From contig CM075993.1 in assembly GCA_038087875.1 (NCBI GenBank), forward strand, positions 10,604,001 to 10,668,000: a stretch of DNA of 64,000 nucleotides, written 5' to 3'. Shown one piece after another: positions 37,763-50,606 of this stretch. A program made the translations under genes and the position numbers. Every line of letters starts with the position of its first letter. Within the stretch, counting starts at the first letter, position 1. The notes below the pieces were generated by a model. The model saw only the letters and a program-made list of their open reading frames with translations. It did not search any database and was not told where the DNA came from. The stretch comes from Malacoraja senta. Its lineage: Eukaryota.

Positions 37763-38804
37763 TAGGTATGTTACAATACTTGCCTTCAGCGGCGCTGTAA
37801 TTCTGTCACTGGCCGTGTGCGCGATTTTGGCGCCTTTAAGGGGGGGGCGGGGTTAAAGCGCGGGTTGCTCCTCCCTTGTCCTGAATTATACTTTGTTGGA
37901 GTACCAGCTTCTCTGGAAGAAGCGTTCCGAGTGCCGTTTTGCGTAGTTTGTTTTAAAAATCTCCCAACAAGTTCAGCGTTGGAATCATTTTAAAATCATC
38001 TTCTGAAGCGTCAACGCCAACAACGGGGACGGATTTCACACAAGGGAAAGGTAAACGAAAGTGCTTTATTTTAATGTATAAACGTTCTCCTTAAGAGGCC
38101 TTTAATTCACATTTTTACATGCGACACGGTGATTTTATTCCCCGAATTAACGGCAGTATTTTTCATGCCAATACGGGGTTAAATTCACCGCAAATGAACG
38201 TTCCAAAATATCGCGTTCCAGAAATCCTCACTCGTAAGATGAATTAAATCCCCATTAATTTACAGGTATTAAACATTCAATTCCTTCCATTTGGCCTGTA
38301 AATTCATGAAAATTAGATTTAAAAATTATGTTATATTGTGAATTATTGTGTGAATGTTATTTGGACACTTAGGCTATTTAAAAATGTTAATCTATTCTTA
38401 AGAAATTGATAGATGTTTAGATCTAGTAATTGAATTTTGTAATTAGCTACAATTAGGTAACTAACTAATTATATGCTTTACTTTCATGTCTTCGAAGTAA
38501 GATTGTTTCATATTTGTTTCAGAATGCTTCAATCTATAATAACTGAAAATTTCTTTCAGTTATCATAATTTTTAAGAAAGTTATGGGCTTTTAACTGTCC
38601 TCGATCACAGCTTTTGTGTTAAGTCAATGGAAAAGCAATAGGGAACTAGATGCTAATTTCTGAGTATGATAATGGCCATAACTTTTTTAATACTGAAGAT
38701 ATGAAAGTGAATTAAGTGTCAAATTAAACTTCTTTTTATGCTTTATCTGATGGGATAAATTGCAGACTTTATTTTTAAAATCTCAAAATTATGTAACATT
38801 GCTA
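37763..38804. mobile_element. Non-autonomous DNA transposon with TAG termini and 7-bp TSD (hATw-like)
   Basis: TIR TAGGTATGTTACA versus TAGCAATGTTACA (11/13); TSD CAATATC at 37756-37762 and 38805-38811; inserted into a tRNA-SINE. Confidence 0.75.
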
Positions 38805-39367
38805 CAATATCGAGGGAATAAAATTGGATTAGATTAGTTTTGTTTAGAATTTCACCATGGAAACAAGCCACTTGGCCCACTGAGCCTACACCAATCATCG
38901 ATCACCCATTCACACTAGTCGTTTGTTATCCCACATTCTCATCCATTCTCTACACATTGGGAACATTTACAAAGGGCAATTAACCTGCAAACTCGCACAT
39001 CTCTGGCATATGGGAGGAAACCAGAGCCCTTAGAAGAAACCCACAGTCACAGGGAGAATGTGCAAACTCCACACAAACAACACCAGAGGTCAAAATCGAC
39101 CACGGGTCTCTGGTGCTGTGCGGCAGCAGCTGGGCCGCCATTAGTGGTTGATGTCGGCGTGGATTCAGTGGGCTGAAGGGTCTTTGCATGCACCACCTCT
39201 TAACAGAGGAAGAAAGGAGTCACAAGTGAATGTATTTTTGATGAACTAAAGCAGTAGCACAAATATGATTTCAATCCATTTAAATTAGTTCAAGAAAATA
39301 AAAGCTACATTCCTTAAAAAGATTTTTTTTTTTTTAAACATATATATACATTTTTTTTTAATAAAGA

Positions 39368-41215
39368 ATTCAAGAGAGTTTATTGTCATGTGTCCCTGAT
39401 AGGACAATGAAATTCTTGCTTTGCTTCAGCACACCAGAACATAGTAGGCACGAATACTGAATAGATCAGTGTGTCCATATACCATTGCATAAATATATAC
39501 ACACATGAATAATTAAACTGATGAAGTGCAAATAAACAGATTATTGGCTATTAATGTTCAGAGTTTTGTCCGAGCCGAGTTTAATAGCCTGGTGGCCTGT
39601 GGGGAAAAAGCTGTTCCTGAACCTGGTCTTTGCCGTCTTCAGGCTGAAGGTAGTGGGGGGGATGTGTATGTGGCCAGGATGGTGTGGGTCCTTGATGATG
39701 CTGCCAGCCTTTTTAAGGCAGCGACTGCGATAGATCCCCTCGATGGAAGGGAGGTCAGAGCCGATGATGGACTGGGCAGTGTTTATCACTTTTTGTAGTC
39801 TTTTCCGCTCCAGGGCGCTCAAGTTTCCGAACCAAGCCACGATGCAACCGGTCAGCATGCTCTCCACTGTGCACCTGTAGAAGTTAGAGAGAGTCCTCCT
39901 TGACATACCGACTCTCCGCAATCTTCTCAGGTAGTAGAGGCGCTGATGAGCTTTCTTTATAATTGCATCAGTGTTCTCGGACCAAGAAAGATCTTCAGAG
40001 ATATGCACGCGCAGGAATTTGAAGCTCTTGACCCTTTCCACCAACGACCCGTTGATATAAACGGGACTGTGGGTCCCCATCCTCCCCCTTTCAAAGTCCA
40101 CAATCAGTTCCTTGGTTTTGTTGGAGTTGAGGGCCAGGTTATTGTGCTGGCACCATTTGGTCAGTCGATCAATCTCACTTCTGTACTCTGACTCGTCCCC
40201 ATCAGTGATACGTCCAACAGTGGTATCGTCAGCGAACTTGATGATGGAGTTCACACTATGATTGGCTACGCAGTCATGAGTATAGAGTGAATATAGCAGG
40301 GGGCTAAACACGCAGCCTTGAGGTGCTCCCGTGCTGATTGTTATTGAGGCTGACACATTTCCATCAATACGAACTGACTGTGGTCTGTGAATGCTGAATT
40401 CGAGAATCCAATTGCAGAGGGATGAGCAGAGACCCAGTTCTGCGAGTTCGGTAACCAGTTTGGAGGGGATGATTGTATTAAATGTCGAGTTGTAATCAAT
40501 GAATAACAGCCTGACATTTGAGTTTTTGTTGTCCAAGAGGTCCAGAGCGGAGTGGAGAGCTAGCGAGATCGCATCCACCGTTGGTTGATATGTTGTGGCG
40601 GTAAGCGAACTGCAGAGGGTCCAGGTTTTTGTCGAGGTAGGAGTTGATTTGCGCCATGAGCAACCTCTCAAAGCACCACCGGAAATTGGAGGAGCAGCAC
40701 CTCATATTCCCCTAGCGGCATAAACATTGACTTCCCCAATTTCCGGTAGCCCTTGCTGTCTCCTCCCCTTCTCAGCTCTCCCTCAGCCTCCTCTTCCTTT
40801 CTCCTTTCTTCTCCCCCCACCATTCATCAGTCTGAAGAAGGGTTTCAGCCCAAAACGTTGCTTATTTCCTTTGCTCCATAGATGCTGCTGCACCCGCTGA
40901 GTTTCTCCAGCACTTTTGTCTACTCTCAAAGCACTTCATCACCACAGACGTTAGTGCCACTGGTCGATAGTCATTGAGGCACGTCACCTTGCTCTTCTTG
41001 GGCACCGGTATAATTGATGCCCTTTTAAAGCAGGTGGGAACCTCAGACCTTAGAATTGAGAGGTTGAAAATGTTCATAAAAACTCCAGCCAGTTGGTCCG
41101 CACAGGTTTTTAGAACATGACCGGGTATACCATCAGGTCCAGGCGCTTTTCGAGGGTTCACCCCTCCGAAGGATTTTCTGACGTTGGCCTCTGTGACTGA
41201 AATACTATCAAAAGA
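39368..41215 (-). mobile_element. Rex1/Babar LINE, RT region to 3' end, interrupted by a Penelope fragment
   Basis: ORFs 40862-41221 and 39541-40671: [39 protein letters not shown]. Confidence 0.92.
40677..40922 (+). mobile_element. Penelope 3' fragment nested in Rex1
   Basis: [10 protein letters not shown] remnant and a hammerhead with GAAA mutated to AAAA; 12-bp TSD CTCTCAAAGCAC at 40665-40676 and 40923-40934. Confidence 0.85.
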
Positions 41216-43300
41216 GAACATCTTTAATCTATGGTGTTCACAGAATTGATAAAACCCTTTGGAATTTTCTGTGTGTGCGCGCGCGCAATACTAGACATAA
41301 TTTATGTAGCAAATACAGCAGCAGTGAAGCAAAGCTTCAATAGCACACTCAAATCACATCATTGCAGTACAAGTAACAGAATATTACAATATAATGATTG
41401 TATGATCATCTATCATCCCTAGCCAAGACTACTTTATTACTAGGACAAGTGAAAAAGGGAGGAGAATTTGAAGACACAATGAGAATGTGAACTTCGCTCC
41501 CCAAGGCAAAGTATAAAGTCATTTTAAGTAGAGTGACCCTCTCATTGCAATCTCCGGAATAAAAAGTCCCGTGGAAAAATAACCTAAGCTTAAAGCAGGC
41601 TTAATCTTTGTATCATACACATGGCTTTATAACAAGAAATGTCATTAATAACTGACTTTGTCTTCTATTTCAATTAAAATGCAGGCAAAGTACAAACTGC
41701 TGTCTGACTATTCCCATGGTAGCTTTGATGTCTGGGAACAATGCAAGTTCTGGAGTGAACAGTTGCTGCCCTTCAAGCCTTCAGATGTGCTGCATTATTC
41801 AGGCCAGGACCCGAGGGGTTGGATTCTATTATAATGGGCTGCTCAGTGTTATAGCTGGTAATGCTGTTGCCTCATACCTTCAGTGGCGCAGGTTTGATCC
41901 TGACTTTGGCTGCTGTATTAAGTTTGCATGTTCTCACTGCGACTTTCCACCAGGTTATATGGTTTCCTCCCATATCCCCAAAGATATAGTTAATTGGATA
42001 CAGTAAATTGCTGCTAGTTAGATGACTGGCAGGAAAATTGGAAGTTGGGAATTAACAGGAATGCAAGAGAGAATATGTTGAAGGGGAAATAAAATTTTCT
42101 TATAACAAGCCCATTTAAGCCCATATCGTCTAGTCAATCCCAGTCATCTTTAATGTTCCCAGCAACGTATTCTTCCCTTGTTCCCATCCACTCTCCCCCC
42201 CGACCAACCCCAGAATCTATCACCCACTTATACTTGGGGCAATTTACAGCAGCCAATCAACCTACCATCGCTTTTGCATGTAGAAGGAAACCTAGCAACT
42301 GGGACATGTTCACTCATGCACAAGGTGAAGATGGAAATGCCACACATTTGATCACACCAAGATAAGTGTGAAAATGGGACAAATGGGTATGATCTGCGAG
42401 CCGGCATGATAGCAATCCTGCATCATAAGGGAATATGAAATAAAAATCCAACCCATATTAACACAACTACTTCTTTACCCAAGGACATAATTTACAATCT
42501 TTTCATCTTTTGCCTTCTTGCTACAACCTGCATTCATTGTACAAATGCCACGGCCAAGTCTTTATTTGTCCATCTAGCCCATGCTTTGTCTAAAAGGGAT
42601 ACGATTAACTTTGATTCAACACATTTGCTCAAGTTTGCCAAGAAACAGGAAAATAAAATTTCATAATTTTAAAACAGTCTGAAAATAATTTAACAACTTA
42701 AATATGCAAAAATCAAGATCCAACTTGGAATTGTTGAAATTCAGATCAGTGAGATGCAAGGCATAACTTCTGGATTACACCCAAGCTGAATGAACCGAGG
42801 ACTGATAATGGATTAAACATTGCCTTGTAACTGCTCTGTCACAACATAATACGGCTGACACCTCCTTTTGGTTTGTTTCCAGAATTATCATCTTCAGCAC
42901 CAACTTTTCCCAAATATAATTATTGTAGCAATAAATCACAACACATCACCATTAACCTTTTCCCCCACTGAAGAATGTTTTTAGGCAGCATTTTTCCTGA
43001 GCACTGGTCATACCAAATCTACCACACATAACAATGATATAGAGGAACTCTGTAACTAATCCAAACATTTTTGCTTCATAAAAAAAAAAAAAATTAAGGA
43101 TAAATTGCACGCCTTCAAAACCATTTCAAATAATCGGATTAAAAAATTAAAAATACTAGCTAAGCTATATTTACAATTTGCATTTAAAATTATAAGAGCT
43201 TTGGAATTCTAGTATCCAATCAATGATCAGCTGAAGGAGATCTTCAGAGGAATAGTTAAATATTTGATCCAAATTTGGGTTGTAAATACAAGCAGAGAGG

Positions 43301-44107
43301 TTTTTTTTTTTTTAAATAATTTTTTTAATAGAAGTACGGTAGATTACAGTAATGTACAACACGTATATATTAATACATTTTTTGTACCGCTTCACTTTTT
43401 TAAACTTTAAGAAAGAAAAAGAAAGAAGTAAGAAAAGTGAAGAAAGTGCGCAAAGGTTGTGAAGTGCAAAAGAGTGTTGGGAAAAGAAAGCCCCTTAGAA
43501 AAGAAGTTAGAGAAGGAAGTAAAGTTAGAAAATAGACCCTAGAAAAGAAAGAGAAAGAAAGAAGGAACAATCGCTCTATTATAACTCTTATAACATACTT
43601 CATAGAGAAGGAACTACCAACCAAGTCTGTTTTTGTTTTACCTCCCATTACCAGGTCCAGATACCTTTTATTTATTTATTTGTTTTTCTAAATTACTATT
43701 GCACCTCATGCTTGTAATAGGTCCAAAAACGTAGACCACGTCTTTTGAAATTGGTCTACTTTGCCTACTAGGAGGAATCTCATCTCTTCCAGATGTAATG
43801 TTTCCAACATATTTGATGTCCACATTTTTATTGTTGGTGTGGGCGCATTTTTCCAGAATTTAAGTATAAGCTTTTTTCCCATTATTAGCCCATAATTGAG
43901 TAAATTCTTCTGATACACGTTTAATTCAGGAATACCTTCCGATATTCCAAAAATAATCCATTCTGGTTTTGGTACCAGTTTTATTTTGATTAATTTTGAA
44001 AAAATATCAAATATTTCAAACCAGAATTTTTGGATTTTTGTACAAAAAACAAAAGAATGTGCTATGGTAGCTTCTTGACATATACATTTATCACAGATTG
44101 GTGAGAC
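43301..44107 (-). mobile_element. L1-clade LINE, 5'-truncated
   Basis: ORF2 C-terminal CCHC region (CDKC...H...C...FW); poly(A) tail (T run at 43301); TSD CAAGCAGAGAGG at 43289-43300 and 44108-44119; TT/AAAC-like endonuclease site. Confidence 0.9.
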
Positions 44108-44821
44108 CAAGCAGAGAGGTTTAAGGAGGAATATTTCATGATGTGAATCTCAAACAGCAGAAGGCATAAATTCTTGGTGTTCTAAAAAGAACCGTATGCA
44201 CACAAGGGCAGAAAATGAATATGCCGAGGTGGAAAAGGTTTCTGAGGCAATGCTGCAATAGTGCTATTATTAAGAGGTGTTTTTTGTTTAATAACTAAAA
44301 ACAAAGATCTAATTTTTAATGAAAAATTAAGGATTTTTTGGTCTATCATGTCCAACCTTCATTCAAAAAGAACCAATACTATTAGTTCTGGGCTTTTCAG
44401 AACCTCGTTGAAATACCTTAGAACGGTAATAATCAAACCTGCAGCGCAGCTCGAAATTTTTCATTTCCTGAACTATATTTTGACCAACAGTCAGAAAATA
44501 AATTACTGATATTCTATTAGCTGGAACATCCTCAGGACATGAAATGATAAATTGACCCAAGTCTATTCATTCCAGTGCAGAGAAATAGTCAACTTTATAT
44601 ACTTTGATATTCAGTCTGTTGAAAAGGCTATCAGTTTCAGTCAAAACACACAAACCAGTACCTGCTCGAGTTTCCTGAGGCAAATGTTATTTAGCTTCGA
44701 AGGTTAAACAAAGAAGTCCTTTAAATTCCAACAGAAGGTACATTAAAACTGCATACCAAGCCTTGTGGCTTGAACAAATTACTACCTGCATTAAAAGATT
44801 TTATATCCAAGCTTCACATAC

Positions 44822-44959
44822 CAGTAGGTGCTGTAACTGCTGCAATCCATACATACTGCATGCTGCAGCTTCTCCTTTTCATGCTTTTCTGATTTTTTGA
44901 CATTGTTGGAATGAATCTGGGAATCTTCATAGTGTTTCTTGGCATGCCCATTCACATAT
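44822..44959 (-). CDS. USP3: USP3 exon 3 (ZnF-UBP)
   Basis: ttttgcag| (R)YVNGHAKKHYEDSQIHSNNVKKSEKHEKEKLQHAVCMDCSSYSTY(C) |gtatgt; 138 nt, phase 2-2. Confidence 0.96.
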
Positions 44960-45867
44960 CTGCAAAATAAAATGCAACGTTCTTTGGTTTCAAAGTATTC
45001 ACCATTTATTGAGAACAGAACTTTTTAAACGGTGATGCTTGGAATACCAAGTGCTGTACTGTCAGAGATATCATTCTCCAGTTCCATTTGACACTGCAGT
45101 CAAGTGCAAATAAAAATCTATGGCACTTTAGGGAGGTTCTCCTGGAGAACAGTTAGCCCTCAACTGATACCCACAAAAGCAGAATAACTGCTCATTTACG
45201 GTACTGCTGATTACAGGAGCTAACTGCAAGCCATTGATTACATTGCACATTCCAGCTGCTGTGAGAGTGCTTCGGGGTATAACAGAGCAGCAAAAATAGA
45301 AGTTTGTAGATCAACACTAATATTTAACCACGTTAATTTCAAACATTTTATGCAACTTGCCCCCTCTTACACCAATCCTGGTGGTTCAAGTGTTACTGGG
45401 TATATATTAGTGTGACCTGTGATATGTACTTGTTTGCAGCATCTCAGCCAAGTTAGCACAGTGGAAATTTGGCTCAGACACCTCAAAGTTAATGAAACAC
45501 GAAAGCACAGAAGACAATATTATTCAACATTACTCACTGCATCACAGCCCCACAATTTAAAACCCTCCCCAAAAAAACAGACAAAACTGAGAGGCCTTGA
45601 CCTGATGAACAAAACCTACTTCCCTAAACAGAGCAGACAATGGGTTGAATGAATGGTCCTCAGTAATAGAGTGGAAGGATTAGAGGGAGGTTGAGGAAAA
45701 CCTTTCTATCTAAAGAAGAGTGGGAGGCCTAAAATTCATGACATGAAACAAGATGCCCAAGGCAAAATCTCTCATCACATTTGAAAAATTGGTTGGACAA
45801 GCACAATAGGACCATAACCCACAAAGCAAGCTGGGGAGTGGGGCTATTAAAACAGTACAACCTCCAA

Positions 45868-46828
45868 ATAAGCGAGCTCGGTATTCTGAAAAACACAAGG
45901 AATCATGGGATATGTCAAAGGTCACTCGCTATAAAGAAAAAGTGAACAAAGCGCTGACTGTATAAACTGTGTATACATTTATATCTTTATTCATGATTTA
46001 TGTGAAAAAATATTTAACCTGAGGATCGGGGGTGCCATGTAGCGGGAGAGCGAGGTGTAACAGCGAGATAGAGGGGGCAGATGCGAGTGGGAGACACGGG
46101 GGGGGGGGGGGGGGGGGGGAAAGAGACTGGACCGGCGGAGAGACATTCTCGGCAGCTGCATGCACACAGGCCCACGCCTCATCTGCAGCCAGGATCGAAC
46201 CCGGGTCCCAGGCGCCAAAAGCGCTGACGAACGGCCACTGGACCCCCCCCCCCCCCCCCGAGTGTCCAATTCCCGCCCAGGGGGCGGCCAGAGATGTCCG
46301 GAGAAGCAGCCCCCAGGCCCACACACAGCGGGGAGAAGCGCCAACCTCAGCTCAACTCCGCCTGCCCCCGCCGAGCCAACCGACAGCTGAAGCCAGCTCC
46401 CCCCCCCCCCGCCCGTGCCGGCTGCCAGTCCGGGGCCGCCACCGCTTCAGGCCTGCGCCCGACTACACAGGCAGAGCCGGGAGGAGCCAGCATCCTGTGT
46501 CCCCTCCCCCCCCCCCCCCCCCCCCCCGGCTGCAAGTCCGGGGCCGGCATTGCTCCAGGCCCGAGCCCCAGCTGGACAGGCAGAACAGAGCTGGAGCCAG
46601 CACCCCCGCACCGGCTGCAAGTCCGGGACAGCCTGCCCAGGGCCACCCTGGACAGGGGCGGGACACCCAGGAGGGAACAGCCCAGCAGCACCTCAACCGC
46701 GCCTGCAGCACCAGAGACCCGGGCCCGACACCGACCATGGACGAAACGCAGCACCACAGCTGCAAGAATGGTTATAGCGAGGAACCTATGACCTGGGCAT
46801 GCGCAGTCGGAATACCGAACTCGTTTAT
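45868..46828. mobile_element. Unclassified GC-rich TIR element inserted in a Rex1-type 3' tail
   Basis: Bipartite imperfect TIRs: ATAA(G/A)CGAG(C/T)TCGGTATTC(T/C)GA plus an inner GTCA(A/T)AGGT..CTCGCTATAA on both sides; TSD probably 2 bp (AT or TA, ambiguous). Confidence 0.65.
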
Positions 46829-47459
46829 AAACTCTGAACTACATGGATTTGGGGGCATTGTTTTTGTCTTTGCACTATTACTGGGGGTTTTTAAAGACGC
46901 ATATATACACACATTAATACATATGCATCAATACATATACTGAACAACTTTGTTCTTGTAATGGTGTTTACAAAGTACTACATTAAATATATGTTGTGCG
47001 GCTGCAGGCAAGAATTTCATTGTTCCGTTTCGAGGCATTCGACGATAAAACACTCTTAACTCTCGAATCAATTCATTCCATCTGGCATAATATAACAGTA
47101 CAAATGGCCTCCTCCTGCACCATGAATTACGATGACTATACGTGTGAATCCAATTAAAGCAAGGAGATTTTGCATAAATATACCCGAAGGCTATAAAAAT
47201 AAAGCAGTCCGGAATGCTTATGTTCGCACATTGAATACTGAAGCCCAAGAGTCAGAAACTTCATTAGCTTAAGGGGCTGAGTATATTTACCACCCAGTAC
47301 CCCAAGTCAATGCCATTCCCAGCATTGGTCAGAGATGCCACTTTGAGCTGTGAAATTAAGCCTTGTCTGCTTACTCAGGTACTGCACAATTTAGAAGAGA
47401 ATGGAAGTGTCATCCAACATGCCTTTGCCTACAGGTATGCCTCAAACAACCCTACAAAA

Positions 47460-48640
47460 CAAACAAGCTGCTGAAGAAATTCAGGTCACACTGCATCTGT
47501 GGAGGGAATGGACAGTTGACATTTTAGGTTGAGACCTTTTCTCGGGACTGAAAGAGTGGAGGGGAGATGGCCAACATAAATAAGTGAGCGGTGGTGGCGG
47601 CGTGGGGTGGAACACGAGCTGGCATACAGGTGGATCCCGGCGAGGAGAAGCGGTTGGTTGATGGGGCAGGCAAGGGAGGGAGGGGTGGAGAAAACAACAG
47701 GTTGGGATGTGATAGGTGGAGTGTGTGTGCGTGTGTGTGTGTTTGTGTCTGTCTGCGCGTCTGTCTGCGCGTCTGTGTGTGTGTGTGCGTGTGTGTGTGT
47801 GTCTGCTTGCGTGCGTGTGTGTCTGAGTGGATATGGGTGATTGCTGGGGGGAGGGGGAAAGCAGAAAAGCAGAATTAGAGAATTCAACATTCATACCGTC
47901 AGAAGGCAGAATACCAAGGTGGAATACGAAATGCTGTCCCTCTAGTATGCGTTTGGCCTCACTCAGGCAGATTGCCAGCCTAATGCTGCTGTATCTCACT
48001 GTTCCACCCAACCGCCTCCAGACTGGGCCCCTGATGTTGAACTCATCTCCTCATATCTTGACTCGATCGTGTCCCCACTTGTCCAGCATCTTTTCACCTA
48101 CATCTGAGACACCTTGCAACTCCACCATTTCAACAACTTCCAATTCCCCAGGCCCACTGCCTTATGTTCACTATGGATGTAGAGTCCCTATACCCCATCA
48201 AGAAGGCAACGGGGCTCTGTTTCTAAGAACAGAGACTCAACCCGTTCCCCTCCGCCTGGCAGAATTATGTTACCCTTACAGCTTATCTTTCAACTACTGC
48301 CACTTGCTACTAATGAAAGGCAGTTATGGGCACGCAAATGGACTCTAACTATGCGTGCCCCTTTGTTAGCCATGTAGAGCATTGTGTGCAGCTTGTAGAA
48401 ATTGTATATTTTAAATCTACCATTTTCCCCATATCAATATCACCGCCCTGCCCTCAAATTCACTTGGACCAACCCCTAGCCACTGGCCATCTCCCCTCCA
48501 CTCTTTCATCCAAAGGTCTCGATGCAAAATGACAACTGTACATTAGAGAGTTACTATCCATTATACAGATACTGTCCGACCTGAGGAGTTCCTGCAGCGA
48601 TTTGCTTTTTGCTCCAGATTCCAGTATCCGTACTCGTGTT
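47460..48640. mobile_element. Rearranged old Penelope element (minus-strand endonuclease tail, plus-strand RT fragment)
   Basis: Minus: [24 protein letters not shown]. Plus: TMDVESLY and MGTQMDSNYACPFV (PLE RT motifs). Contains a (GT)n tract at 47720-47826. Confidence 0.7.
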
Positions 48641-49440
48641 CACTAAACAAAAATCCTGGTAACTATCAATTTCCTGCTGTTGTGGCTAACATTTATCCCT
48701 CAACAAGAGCAGGTTCATTACCACAAATTAACAAATAAACTATCAAGAGAACATTCGAAGGTGGAGCAAGACATATGAAAACATCACCAAGAATGACTGC
48801 TAGCCTGCAGGATATGGTGCAAAAGGCATAGAACAAGATTACCTGCTGAAATAATCAAAGTTGGATGAGAGATGGAGGGATTTATAAACAATAAGGATTT
48901 TGCAATTTTGCAAAATTGCTATTTAATTTATTTTAACCAACAGCCTAATTTTTAAACCTGGCTGATTTAGCCTATCAGTTGAATCAGTGAAAGAGCAATA
49001 CAAACTGCTCTCCTGTTCCTGCTGGGCAGCATCATGAAGGACAGGTGGCAGAAGAGAAACAATGTTATTTTTAAATAATCCCTGTCAAACTAAGATTTAA
49101 CTAATCCTCTCACCAGCCAAAGTATGGGCTGTAAACAGAATGTTACTTCTACATGTGATAAACTGAAAAATTCCTATCTAAAAAGATAACAAGGCCTAAA
49201 AAAATGTTTTCAGAATTGAAAGATTTGCTTAACATAAATAAAAACTCCTTGGAAGATTTTGAACAGCATGGGCACCAGACTTTCCTTCCATATTTTCTGT
49301 AAAATAGTTGGAGCCAAATTAGGTTAAAAAAAAATCAGCTCAATAGAAAAAAGCAAAAGACGGGGTGATAGGGATCACCATCTCTCAGATGCTGCGGTTG
49401 GCTCCTTGTTTTGCACGATATCAAGATTCAATAATAGTTT

Positions 49441-49646
49441 TAAAGGAGGAACTGCAGATGCTGGAAAATCGAAGGTACACAAAAATGCTGGAGAAACTCA
49501 GCGGGTGCAGCAGCATCTATGGAGCGAAGGAAACAGATAACGTTTCGGGCCGAAACCCTTCTTTCGGCCCGAAACGTTATCTGTTTCCTTCGCTCCATAG
49601 ATGCTGCTGCACCCACTGAGTTTCTCCAGCATTTTTGTGTACCTTC
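49441..49646. mobile_element. Penelope-terminus fold-back element
   Basis: About 85-bp near-perfect inverted repeat centred near 49558; TSD AATAATAGTTT (up to 14 bp). Confidence 0.85.
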
Positions 49647-50296
49647 AATAATAGTTTATTGTACAGTGATATGCTTTGTTTTGCATACAACTCAGTAAAA
49701 TCATACAGCAGACCTCACCCTAGGCAGTACACAAGAGCCGGCACATTTCTGGCGACAACAAAGTTACAAAAGTTCACCGAACTGAATTATATAGGCTGAT
49801 CGCTCCTGCATCGGGGTGGATGTCAGCTCCCCGCGCTAGACGAACCTTCTGCGACTGGAGCTTCCCGACATCAGTCTCCATCTGAGACGGCGAGCTCCGC
49901 GATGTTGAAATCTGCAGGACGCGGTTGGAGCGTCGATCCCAAGCAAAGGATCGACTCCGATGGTAAGACCACGGGCCCCGTGGTGGGACACAAAGTCAGT
50001 CCCGAGCAAGGTCTCCAGCTCCATGATGTTAGGCTGCAGAGCAACCGGATATATGATCCGGAAAACAATCGCATTTCCGACAAGATAAGAGATGGAAAAA
50101 GTTTCCCCCGACCCCCTCCCCCACATGAAACAAACCAGTGAACATTAACACAAACTTTTAAAACACTAAAAATAACAATAAAAGACAAACAGACTGTTGG
50201 GCGAGGCTGCCATTGTGCGGCGCCTCCTGGTCATATTCACAAGTGGACATACAAATAAATTAAAACAATTTCTTTATGGCTATGAATCTAACAGTA

Positions 50297-50606
50297 GCTT
50301 AGTTTAGAGATACAGTGCAGAACTGGCCCTTCGGCCCACCGAGTTCATACCGAACAGCGATCCCCACACATAAACACTACCCTACATATACGAGGGACAA
50401 TTTTACATTAATACAATTATACCAAGCCAATTAACCTGCAGGCCTGTACGTCTTTGGAGTGTGGGAGGCAACCAAAGATTTCGGAGCAAACCCATGCAGG
50501 TCACAGGGAGAACGTACAAACTCAGTACAGACAAGCACCCCCAGTCAAGATCGAACTCGGGTCTCTAGCGCTGTAAGGTGGTAGTTCTACCGCTGCGCCA
50601 CCGTGC
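50297..50606 (-). mobile_element. tRNA-derived SINE, near full length
   Basis: Head GCACGGTGGCGCAGCGGTAGA...GAGTTCGATC (A and B boxes), conserved core, TAAAC tail. Confidence 0.85.

Noticed and set aside
39541..40671. 376-aa reverse transcriptase ORF as a host gene or prokaryotic RT system
   Set aside because: It is a 5'-truncated, interrupted Rex1/Babar LINE with deletions in the C-terminal motif.
46032..46943. 303-aa ORF and overlapping ORFs
   Set aside because: Pro/Gly/Arg-rich products in all frames arising from a GC-rich TE interior; no domain motifs.
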